A stretch of 32,000 nt of DNA from assembly GCF_000008365.1 (NCBI RefSeq), contig NC_006908.1, positions 210,001 through 242,000 on the forward strand, given 5' to 3'. Under the pieces are notes generated by a model. That model had not been told where the DNA came from. It worked only from the letters and a program-made list of their open reading frames with translations, and did no database searches. The DNA is from Mycoplasma mobile 163K. Its GTDB lineage: Bacteria > Bacillota_I > Bacilli_A > Mycoplasmatales > Metamycoplasmataceae. Positions 10,026-23,804 of this stretch are shown here, one piece after another. Numbering within the stretch: the first letter of the stretch is position 1; each line of letters opens with the position of its first letter. The translations under genes were made by a program, and so were the position numbers.

Positions 10026-10907
10026 ATGAAAAAAACAGATAAAAATCAAACAGGAAAAGAAATAATGAAAAAAGAATTACTTATTAAAACAAATGAGCAA
10101 GATATTAACTTAGCTCCTAAATCTCAATCAACATCTAAAAAACTTTCGAATACTTGAAATTATGAAGAATTAATTAACCAAACAAAAGAAATTGATGTCA
10201 ATTCAAAAATAGTCAAAACTGAATTAGAATATGTTGAGGAAGATTCTCGTTTAAGAAAAGAGAAAATTGAATTAATTCAAAAAAATTATGACAATTTAAA
10301 TGCAAAACCTTTAGTTGGGGTTGATTTATATGAAAGTTACTCATTAGTTTTAAACAAATCTGCGTGAAATTACAACGAAATTATTCAAAGAGACACTCAA
10401 TTAACTATTTTAGATATGGCTTTACAAGTTCATCTATTTCTTTATGAAGGAAAAATAATTGATATTGCTCATATTCAAAAAATAATAAAAACATTTGTAT
10501 TAAATGTTTTTGCAAAAATTATTAAAGGGGTCCCAATTGTTTTAAACCCGATTATCATCTTTGATTCAGTTCGTTTTGATAAATCAAAAATTCTTCCTGT
10601 TGCTGTTGCAAATCCAAAATTAATGCCACCATTGGGTGTTCAAGATTGAGACACAATTGTAGATGAAGATGAAGAAATTAAAAAAATTGTTTCAACATTT
10701 ATCAAATTACTTGAAAATGCTCTAACAGTTGGCCATGAAGTGGAATTTTTTCAAGACACTTTATTAGTAAGAAATGTTGATGGAATAACTTCTTTATATG
10801 TTTCTGAAAAAGCAGCTCAGGTTTTTAACAATAGTGTAATTGATCAAATTATGCCTGAAAAACCAAAATATGAGGCACTAGAAGATCCTTTTAGCAATAA
10901 GAAATAA
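10026..10907 (+). CDS. F1-like ATPase cluster gene 2: soluble orphan protein (293 aa), no recognisable domain
   Basis: ATG at 10026 after SD AAGGAG (10014-10019). Same frame as track fragment 10416-10649, joined across TGA. TAA at 10905-10907. Contains an internal repeat W-N-Y-x-E-[LI]-I-[NQ] (aa 44 and 114). Confidence 0.75.
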
Positions 10908-10931
10908 TAGAAAAATCAATTAGGAGAAAAA

Positions 10932-11942
10932 ATGAAAAGAAAAGATGTCGAAGAGAAAAAACAAAATCTCGATTTCTATCATAACTATATTGATATTTCA
11001 AAAATAAAAGTATTACAAAAGTTGAATGAAGAAATTGCAAGTTTAAATATGTTAAAACTTCAAAAGGGAGAAAGTCATTATTTATTGAATAGAATTATCA
11101 ATAAATGATTTCCTCATAACTCAAATATCTATCATGAATTGCATCATGAAAATGATAGGAAAGAATTATACATATTAATCGATCCTAAAAAATTAGATTT
11201 ATTCTCAGAAGCTCTTTTACGTAAATTAAGTCAAACAGTAAAAGAAAGAATTAGACCTGATAAAGATTTTGTAATAACTGTAGGAACAAATGTTGATAAC
11301 ATTGCTAGACAATTAAATTTAAATATTATTGATCATTATGATCTGGATTTATTTAATCAAATTGATGATTTTGCAAACAGAATTGGAGAACTTGTTGATG
11401 TTGGTTTAAATAATAAAATTTTCAACTATGTTTCTTTGTTGATTGCTCAATCTAGTACAAAAAATAATGGTGGCCTTGTTCAAGAAAGAATTGTTCCTTT
11501 TAATACAAAAAATATTAAAGTTTGAAATGAATCAAATCAAGATGAAAACGGAATGCCGATTGTTTCTGAAGAAAATGAAGTTGAAATAATGTCATATGCG
11601 AAAACATTGAGAAATATAAATTTTAAAAAGCACACATGATTACCAAATATCAATACTTTTTATGAGCAATTTGTTAAGTCAGTCTTCAAACAAGAACTTT
11701 TTGAGTTTAAATCCATTAGTGTTATTGAAGAATTAAAAATCGAATTACAACTTTTAGATGAAAAGAAAAAGCGTTTAGAAGAACAAAAGAAAGAACTTAT
11801 CCTTAAATGAAATAGAGCAAGAAAAGAAGAAGCTACTTTGCAATCAACACTTTTATTTAGTGCTTTTAAAGTTAAGAATCAAAAATCAACAAGAGATGAA
11901 ATTTTGAGATTATCAAAAGGAAAAAATAGGAATGGAGCATAG
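10932..11942 (+). CDS. F1-like ATPase cluster gene 3: ATP synthase gamma-subunit-like protein (336 aa)
   Basis: ATG at 10932 after SD AGGAG. Same frame as fragment 11139-11525, joined across TGA. The C-terminus ELILKWNRARKEEATLQSTLLFSAFKV mirrors the gamma C-terminal helix signature (L..YN[KR]ARQ..IT.E..EI..GA). The central block FVITVGTNVDNIARQLNLNII resembles the gamma Rossmann-like core. Confidence 0.6.
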
Positions 11943-11944
11943 TA

Positions 11945-12541
11945 ATGAATAATATCAGTATCCATACAACAAATCCAAGAGATTTAAAAAATATCTATGA
12001 TCACTTTAATTATAAAATTTCAAAGGCAACTATTTATTCAATAGATAATAAAACTCTTGTCTTAAATTCAAATACTTCTTTTAATAAAGATTTAATACAA
12101 ACTTTTGATGTTGCTTTGTTAACATTGGAAATTTCAATAAAAAGTGACTTTATTGGTCAAGTTTTTGAAGATCAAAAAACCATTAAAACTCATGTACTTG
12201 TAGAAAACTTAATGCTAATGATTAATAATAAAGAATTTTTATTTTTAGTAAATGGAAAATATGATGTAATTTCAGAAAATAAAATTGTTCAAATTTTGCA
12301 AGAAGTAAGTGCAAAAGAATTTTCAAAGGAAAGTGTTCTTGAAAAAATTGAAAATGAATTAACTTTAAGTTCAAATCTATCTGTAATAAGAGCATACAAT
12401 CAATTATCTGATTATTTCACAGCTGAAAAATATTCTTTCAATAATAATGTTTTTAAATTATTAGCTCATCAAGCGGAAGCATTGAAAATTGCAAAGAAAA
12501 TTTTACTTAAAAACTTATCAATAAATGAAATTTCTAGATAA
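11945..12541 (+). CDS. F1-like ATPase cluster gene 4: 198-aa soluble protein, possible epsilon-like subunit (assigned by position only)
   Basis: Intact ORF starting 2 nt after the gene 3 stop. The beta-rich N-terminal half (ISIHTTNP...KATIYSIDNKTLVLNS...THVLVENLMLMINNKEFLFLVNG) and helical C-terminal half fit an epsilon-type layout. No diagnostic motif seen. Confidence 0.4.
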   Translation: MNNISIHTTNPRDLKNIYDHFNYKISKATIYSIDNKTLVLNSNTSFNKDLIQTFDVALLTLEISIKSDFIGQVFEDQKTIKTHVLVENLMLMINNKEFLFLVNGKYDVISENKIVQILQEVSAKEFSKESVLEKIENELTLSSNLSVIRAYNQLSDYFTAEKYSFNNNVFKLLAHQAEALKIAKKILLKNLSINEISR

Positions 12542-12552
12542 AAGGGAGAAAA

Positions 12553-15500
12553 ATGAAAAAAAGAACAAAAAAAATTTTAATAGGATCGTCATCTGCGTTG
12601 TTAGTTGGACTAACAAGTACTTTTGTTATTTCTCAGCCAATTTTAGATTCATCTAAAGAAAATTTAAATTTAAACAAAGCTATTTCAGGCAATGTTAATG
12701 GGCCAGTAATTATTTCTAATGAAAGCACAATAAATGTTTTCCCTACAACTTATTTTTATTTGTCTAATTTTGATGCTAATTCTCCTGAAAGATTTACCCA
12801 ATGAAATAACACAAACCAAGCTTTAACAGAATTTAAAAAAAGAGCTGAAAACCAATCTTTAGCTACAAATTCAGTTGCTTCAGAAGCTTTAAATTCTTTG
12901 ATTGAAATTTATGAAAATCTTAGAGTAGTTGAATTTAATTTAAATCAAGCTGCTCGTTTAGATGGAATTAATTCACAATTATTTCAAGATTCTTTTAACC
13001 AAAAAAAAGATGAGGAAAAATTTTTAGGTGTTACTCCAATTGAAACAGTGAATTTGAATGTAACTAGTGCAAGATCTGTTTTTGAAACAAACGATCCTAA
13101 TGCAGAACTTCAAATTTTAATTAGAAGTTTGAATGGATTTACTATAAATTCAAATAGCACGCTTTCGCTTAGAGGAAATTTAAACCCAGATGCAAATTCA
13201 GTTCCTGCAACAACTCCTGAAATTGTTAATTTAGCAAATGGTGTTCCGACCACTCCTGATTTTGTTAATTTAGGAAATTCGACAACTTCAGGAGTTTCTA
13301 CAATTGTAGAAATTGCTGAAATTGATGAATTGACATTGTCTTCTAATAGAAATATTATTCTTGATTTTTCATATACAGGAATACAAAATGGTGCAAGTAC
13401 AAATAATTTTAATGATGCTGTTTCTTTACCAGAAACTACAAGAGGAAAATTAGTTTTAATTAATGAAAATGGAGAATTAGCAAATGCTACTTCTATTTCA
13501 AGTTATGCTTCAAATTTAAATGTTTTTGGTAGATGAATGCCTTCATCAACTAATTCTGTTTCTCTTGAAAATACACTAGCAAGACCACATTTTATGAATA
13601 ATTTTATTATTGAAAAAGTAAATTCCACTTATAAAATTTTTGTTAGTTTAAAACCAAAAGAACTTATTAGTAATGTTTCGGTTTCTCAAGGAAGTGCAAT
13701 TCTATCAAAATTTGGAATCTTAAATACTCAGATTTTAAGCACACAACCTTTAATCCAAAATAATGCAAATGCTATTTTTACAATTCCATTTTTTGAAAGT
13801 AATGCAACTACACAAACAATTCCAAATGCTCCAAGTTTAGGTCAAAATCAAAAATTAGATGTATATCTAGGAAATGGTGCAACTTTTACTTCACAAGGTA
13901 TTTTTATTAAAGGTCTTAATGATAATGTATTCACTAGATATGATGTTGTAGCACCCAATGCTGCAGGTGGCGGAAGAATTGCTCCTAATTTAGAAATTGT
14001 AACTTCACAAAATAATGTTTCATCTCCAACAATCACTCCAGGAAATATTCAAGTAAATCCTACAACCTTAGGTTTAGGAAGCGGAACAGAAGATTTGAAA
14101 GTCTTGGATATTAATGTTAGTACTTCAATTTTTTCTCAATTCAATTTTAGTTTACAGGAAATTACATTCAATAATAATCATATTGCTATAACTGATCAAG
14201 TCACTGATGCAGCAAATTCAAATAGTAGAAATTACAATCCTATTTATTCACTTGTTAGAGAAACAGAAGAAATTACAAATTCACTTATTTCAAAGAAAAT
14301 CTTTTTTAGAGCTCCTTTTGTAAATTCAAATAGTGTATTAGGAAACCCTGATCAAAGATTTCCTAGAAATTTAGTTTCTGCAACACAAATTGAAAATCAA
14401 AACCAAGCTTCTTTAGTTAATTTATCTCATATTTTAAATGGTTGAATTTCAGGTAATCCTATTGTAAATTTATCTTTTGATCAAGATCTTAAAGTGATAA
14501 CTTTTACTGAAGAATTAAATAGATTCACAAGAATTAGACTAGATCAAATATCAAGAGAAACAGGAATTAGTGGAAATAGAATTTATTCTTCTTTAAGAAA
14601 TACTTTTGAAAATTATGAAAATTTAAAAACTCAAATAATTTCAGGTTATAGAAAAATAGAAAATAATCCTTTTAATAGTGCTTTGGGATCAACAGCAATT
14701 ATTGATAATATTTTACAATTAGTTCCTGGTTCAGTTCGTGAAGATTCATTACAATTAATAGCTAGTGCAGATCCTGTATCCAATTCAAGCTCTTCAAGAT
14801 TAAATTATGACACAGTGACTTCAAATGAATTAAATAAATTAATCATAGAAGCTTATTCTACTTTACAAAATAGAGTAAAATCAGCAATTGATAGTGTTTA
14901 TGCAAGGGCAATTTCATCCTATTTAAATGGGGACATTGTGAACAATGATGAAAAGAGAATTCCTAATTTAAATTCAATGAGCTTATCTACTTCAACTCCA
15001 AATGGTGAAATTCCATTAATTAACATTAATAGAAATCAATCTGTTTTATCTGATTTACCAGGTGTAGTTAAAGGTAATCAAATATTTAAAGGAATCTTTG
15101 AATGATTATCATCAAATAATCTTGGAATTGGTTTATATTCTTCAACAACTCCAATAATTAATAGAACAGCAGAATCTTTTAGTTTGAGTCAAATTTTTGA
15201 AGAATTTAGAACAACAGATCCAAAACTATCAATTTTATCTGATTCAGCTTTTTTTGGAAATGATTTAACAGGAAATATTGAAGTAGAAAAAGCATTAAAT
15301 TTATACAAAATATTATTTAGATTCTTTGGAACAGATTTAAATACATATCAAGCAAATATATTACTTAATGGAAATCAAATTAATTTTTCAGATTTTGAAA
15401 ACCAAAATACAAATAACATTAGTGTTTCTCGAATAGTTAGAAATATGTATTCGAATTTAAACCTTCAAAATAAAACAATTAATTTTGATGTATTTGGAAT

Positions 15501-16029
15501 AAATATTAAAGTTAATTCATATAATGCATTAGTAAGTGCTGCAAATCTTAAATTTACCCTAGATAATATTAGATCTCTGAATTCAAACAATAGAGCTTTA
15601 TTAGAAGCTATAAATACTCAATTAAGAGAAAATTTATTAGATATTAATAATTTAGCTTCTTATTCAATTTTAATTGATGAAACAAATTTGGATAAATTTA
15701 CACAGGATTTTAGTAATGTTTCAACAAACCAAAGCATAAGATCAAGACTTGAGAATTCAGATATTATAAATAAACCATTATTTGTATCTAATTCATTACA
15801 AAGTAATTTTGGAACAAGTATAAATCAAAGTGCCCCAATTGTTGCATTAATATTATTTGCTTTGGTTGGATTTGCATTAATAAGCACTGCAGGTTATGTA
15901 TTAGTTGCAAGAAAAAAAACTATTACATTTAAAAATAGCAATAAAGGATTAAAATTAACCTTAAGTTCAATGATTATTTTAGGAATAATACTATTGTTAG
16001 TAATTGTACCTATTGCAATTATTTTGTAA
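12553..16029 (+). CDS. F1-like ATPase cluster gene 5: 1158-aa membrane-anchored surface protein (N-terminal signal anchor plus C-terminal TM hairpin; 3 TM)
   Basis: Five track fragments (12553, 12898, 13537, 14494, 15184) are all in one frame and are joined by TGA codons at 12802, 13534, 14443 and 15103. N-terminus MKKRTKKILIGSSSALLVGLTSTFVISQP has no lipobox Cys. The C-terminus APIVALILFALVGFALISTAGYVLVARKKTITFKNSNKGLKLTLSSMIILGIILLLVIVPIAIIL gives two TM helices around a basic loop. The ~1050-aa middle is N/S/T-rich. Confidence 0.85.
13201..13281 (+). repeat. imperfect tandem duplication inside the surface-protein gene (VPATTPEIVNLANG / VPTTPDFVNLGNS)
   Basis: GTTCCTGCAACAACTCCTGAAATTGTTAATTTAGCAAATGGT is followed directly by GTTCCGACCACTCCTGATTTTGTTAATTTAGGAAATTCG. 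Units are 42 and 39 nt, both in frame. Confidence 0.7.
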
Positions 16030-16053
16030 TAAAGGAATTTGAAAGGAAAAAAT

Positions 16054-19981
<3,928 letters not shown>

Positions 19982-19986
19982 TTTAT

Positions 19987-20014
19987 AAAAAGACCATTGG
20001 TCTTTTTATTTTTT
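19987..20014 (+). terminator. rho-independent terminator of the F1-like ATPase operon
   Basis: AAAAAGACC (19987-19995) pairs with GGTCTTTTT (19999-20007), with a 3-nt loop, followed by ATTTTTT. It starts 6 nt after the beta-like stop. Confidence 0.8.
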
Positions 20015-20051
20015 ATTCAAAGAATATTTTAAAACAATACAAGTTATATTC

Positions 20052-20057
20052 TATAAT
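20052..20057 (+). promoter_or_regulatory. candidate -10 box (TATAAT) for pta-ackA
   Basis: TATAAT at 20052-20057. SD AAAGGA about 6-11 nt before ATG 20100. Confidence 0.4.
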
Positions 20058-20099
20058 TTTACTATATAAACTTATTACAAAGTAATATGAAAGGAAAAA

Positions 20100-21068
20100 A
20101 TGTTATTTACAGAAAAAATCAAAACTAGTGTTAAAAATCTAGCTAAAAAATACAAGGTACTTCTTGTTGATGGAGATGATTCAAGAGCCCAAGAAGCAGC
20201 TCGTATGTTACAAGACTCTGATTTAGTGGAAGTGAGTTTGCTAGTTGAAAATCCTACAAATGCAAAAGGATTAAAATTCATAAACATGAATGATAACAAA
20301 AATCTTAAGACTGAATTCATAACAAAAATCTTAGAATTTAGAAAAGGAAAGGAAACTGAAGAGAGTGCTAAAAGTGCAGTTGAAACTAGACCTTTTTATG
20401 CTGCAATGCTTTTAAAGGAAAATTATTTTGATGCAGTTGTTGGTGGTTTATTATATAAAACATCAGATATTTTAAGAGCCGCATTTAAAATCATCGGAAG
20501 CAAAAAAGGTCAAAAAACCATTTCATCTTCAATGATTATGCATAAAAATGATGAGGCATTTTTATTTAGTGATATTAGTGTACAAATAAAACCTGATGCT
20601 ACACAATTGGCTGAAATTGGATTAAATGCTTCTGAATTTGCAAAAGCTTTAGGTTTAAAAGATACAGTTGCATTTTTATCATTTTCTACTGCTAAAAGTG
20701 CAGTTTCACCTGAATCTGAAACTGTTTCGCAAGCTACAGAAATTTATAATTCCAAAACAAGTGGAATAAAAGCAATAGGTGAAATCCAATTAGATGCTGC
20801 AATTGATTTAAAAGTTAGAGAAGCAAAATTTGGAAAATCTTCTTTTGAATCAAAACCAGATGTATTTGTTTTTCCAGATTTAGGAGCTGGTAATATAGGT
20901 TATAAATTAGTTCAAAGATTTGGTAATTATGGTGCAATTGGTCCAATTGTAAATGGGATATCTAAACCTATGAATGATTTAAGTAGAGGTTCTACATCTG
21001 AAGATGTTTTTTATACAGTGTTAATTTCAGTATTACAAGCTGCACACAATGAAAAAGAGAGCAAATAA
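20100..21068 (+). CDS. pta: phosphate acetyltransferase
   Basis: 322 aa. KVLLVDGDDSRAQEAARML...RPFYAAMLLKENYFDAVVGG...ISSSMIM...VFPDLGAGNIGYKLVQR...GPIVNGISKPMNDLSRG is the typical short-form Pta (PTA_PTB) pattern. Confidence 0.92.
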   Translation: MLFTEKIKTSVKNLAKKYKVLLVDGDDSRAQEAARMLQDSDLVEVSLLVENPTNAKGLKFINMNDNKNLKTEFITKILEFRKGKETEESAKSAVETRPFYAAMLLKENYFDAVVGGLLYKTSDILRAAFKIIGSKKGQKTISSSMIMHKNDEAFLFSDISVQIKPDATQLAEIGLNASEFAKALGLKDTVAFLSFSTAKSAVSPESETVSQATEIYNSKTSGIKAIGEIQLDAAIDLKVREAKFGKSSFESKPDVFVFPDLGAGNIGYKLVQRFGNYGAIGPIVNGISKPMNDLSRGSTSEDVFYTVLISVLQAAHNEKESK

Positions 21069-21069
21069 C

Positions 21070-22254
21070 ATGACAAAAATTTTAGTAATAAATGCAGGAT
21101 CTTCATCAATTAAGTGAGCTATTTTTAACAAAGACACTTTAAACCAAGAATACAATGGATTAGCAGAAAGAATTGGAGCAAATGCTTCTTTAGGTCTAAT
21201 TAAAATGGGTAAAATTTCAAAAGAAATAAGTTTACCTAATCATGAAGTAACAATTCAAGAACTAATAAAAATGTGAAGTGAACACAAAATCATTAATTCT
21301 CCAGAAGATATTTCTTTAATAGGTTTTAGGGTTGTTCATGGAGCTGATTCTTTTAATAAAGCAACAATAATTAGTGATGAAGTAATTAAAAAAATTTCTG
21401 ATTATGCTATTTATGCCCCTTTGCATAATCCACCAGCAATTGATACAATTAAAGCTACTAAAAAGTTTTTTCCTAAAGCTAGATTAAGCGCTCATTTTGA
21501 TACAGCCTTTCACACAAGCATTCCTAAAATTAATTATACATATCCTATTAATAAAGACTTAGCTAGTGAATTAGGAATCAAAAAATACGGAGCACATGGT
21601 TTAAGCCATAATTTTATTGCAAATAAAACTGCTGAAATTTTAAAAAAATCAAAAATAAATATTATTAATTTTCATTTAGGAAATGGTTCAAGTTTATGTG
21701 CTATTGAAAATTCTAAATCAATTGACACTTCAATGGGTCTAACACCTTTAGCGGGTGTTATGATGGGAACAAGAAGCGGAGATATTGATCCATCGATTCA
21801 TGAATTTGTTTGTAGACAAAAAAAATTATCTATTGTCGATTTTACAAATAAATTAAATAAAGAAAGCGGAATTCTAGGAGTAAGTGGCGTTTCAAATGAT
21901 TTTAGAGATGTTCAAAAAGCAGCAGAAAATGGGAATCAAGATGCTAAGTTTGCAATTGATCTATTTGCTCAAAGAGTAGCCGATATAAGTGCTACATATG
22001 CAAATAAAATCAACGGGAAATTAGATGCAATTGTTTTTACTGCAGGAATTGGAGAAAACGCTTCTTTAGTTAGAGAAAAAATCATTGAAAAATTACACTA
22101 TTCTAAGTTTAAATTAGACAAAGAATTAAATAACACAAGTCCAAGCAATGTAGGAGAATATTTACTAATTTCTAAAAAAGATTCAGAAGTTCCAATTTAC
22201 ATTGTTAGAACAAATGAAGAATTATTTATTGCAAAAGAAGTAAAATCCCTATAA
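21070..22254 (+). CDS. ackA: acetate kinase
   Basis: 394 aa. ATG 21070 lies 1 nt after the pta stop. MTKILVINAGSSSIKWAIF (TGA=Trp), GFRVVHGA, PLHNPPAI, AHFDTAFH, KKYGAHGLSH, HLGNGSSLCAI, SIDTSMGLTPLAGVMMGTRSGDIDP, VFTAGIGEN, IVRTNEE. Confidence 0.96.
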
Positions 22255-22256
22255 TT

Positions 22257-22286
22257 AAAAAAAGATCCAACTTGAGATCTTTTTTT
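22257..22286. terminator. bidirectional rho-independent terminator between convergent ackA and the minus-strand operon
   Basis: AAAAAAAGATC (22257-22267) is a perfect complement of GATCTTTTTTT (22276-22286), with an 8-nt loop CAACTTGA. The A-run and T-run arms allow termination in both directions. Confidence 0.8.
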
Positions 22287-22680
22287 AATTCATTACATCT
22301 TTATCTTGTTGATTCATAATTTTTATTAAACTTTTCAATGACCAAATCTCTTTTTTGAAAAGATAGCTATATAAAAAAGATTTTATTTTTCGTTTTCAAT
22401 TTGAAGATAGCAATTTCATGTTATTTTGACGAATTTTAATTATTAATCATCATATAAAAGGATTTATAAAAGAACAAAATAAAAATATAACTGTAAATAT
22501 TAAAAACCCAAAAAAAGAATTAGACATTTGATTTCTCGTATATGAAGAATAAGCAATAAAAAACATAATAAATCCAATAACTATTAAAATCATTTGAAAA
22601 ATGATAATTCTATAAGAAATTATTTGAAGCTCAATATATTTTTTTTTATAATTTTTTCTATTTTCAATATTATTTTCCAT
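22285..22680 (-). CDS. small hypothetical membrane protein (131 aa; 2 TM plus basic C-terminal tail)
   Basis: Track ORF 22450-22680 continues through two consecutive TGA codons (WW) to TAA at 22285-22287. TM segments RIIIFQMILIVIGFIMFFIAY and FFGFLIFTVIFLFCSFINPFIWWLII. Tail KIRQNNMKLLSSNWKRKIKSF. No homology recognised. Confidence 0.35.
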
Positions 22681-22700
22681 TGTTTTATTATATATGAAAA

Positions 22701-23762
22701 TTATTCTACTTCCGAAGAGTTAAATGTACCAACACTATCTTTTACTTTTTTGATACTGATTCAAACTTTAGGATCAACTTCTTGAATTAAATTTTTAATT
22801 CTGTTCACTTCTAAAAGAAGAATAACAGTTTCTATTTTCTTACCTTTTTTATTAGTGTAGCCACCTTCAATATCAGAAATTGTATATCCATGTCAATAAT
22901 TAATTTTTTTGAAAAGCTGCAAAATGTCTTCATATTTTTCAGAGTGAATTGTAAGTTGAATTTTGCTATATTTAGGATATAATGCTCCTAAAAGCGAAGA
23001 AGAAACAATAATATAAAGAATTGTTCCTAAAGTTCTAATTCCAAAAAAATCTCTTTTTACGGCATTAGGATTTGGATCTGGATTTGCAACCGATAGGATT
23101 ACTAAAATTATGATAGAAATAAAAGAAATGCTTAAAGAAATTATTAATAGCGGAGTAGAAGCGCTTATTTTTCTTTTTGTAGAAAAATAATAAGCAATAA
23201 TATCTGTTCCTCCTGAACTTGCTCCATTTCTTCATGCAATCGCAATTGAAAACCCAATTAATAAAGCACCTACAAAAGCAAACACTAAAACAGCTCAAGT
23301 ATCTTGTGTTTTATCTGCACTTGCAATAAAATTAGGAGCCATTTTGCCTACTGTGTTATCAATCAAAAAATTATTTATAACAGGAATAGCTAAAATAAAA
23401 TTTCATACTATTTGAAATAGTGATCAAATAATTGTTAAAACAAAAAAACTTCTCTTTATTTTTTTTCAAAAAATAATAATAAGAGGTATATTTAAACCAA
23501 ATAAAATCAAAGCAAAATATTGTCCTAAATCAACACTAGGAAAAGAAAAAATAATCAATAATGGAATAGCAGATAATCCAGTTGAAATTGTACCAGCTGT
23601 TGTTAGAAATAAATTTACCCCTAAAACAAAAATAAGAGATGAAATCAAAAGCATAAATATTGAAAATTTTTTATTTTTTATAATAACTCAAATATTCTTT
23701 TCGTCAGAAGAAAGTCTTTTTTTTATAGAGAGAGTTTTTTTAGATTTTAGATTTAATTTCAT
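22701..23762 (-). CDS. YitT-family membrane protein (DUF161 membrane domain plus C-terminal DUF2179 domain)
   Basis: One frame runs from ATG 23762 to TAA 22701-22703, reading TGA as Trp. GVNLFLTTAGTISTGLSAIPLLI, WRNGASSGGTDIIAYY, and C-terminal KIQLTIHSEKYEDILQLFKKINYWHGYTISDIEGGYTNKKGKKIETVILLLEVNRIKNLIQEVDPKVWISIKKV (DUF2179 pattern). The alternative start is Met at 23654. Confidence 0.75.
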
Positions 23763-23804
23763 GATTTTTAAATTTTTCAATAATAATTTTATCACAAAGA
23801 AAAA

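Noticed and set aside
16039-16053. TTG start at 16039 for the alpha-like gene, as in the ORF track.
   Set aside because: ATG at 16054 has better SD spacing (GAAAGGAAAAAATATG), and MKNLKITAIKDNLIFVEG fits the usual alpha N-terminus. The 5-codon difference is unresolved without N-terminal data.
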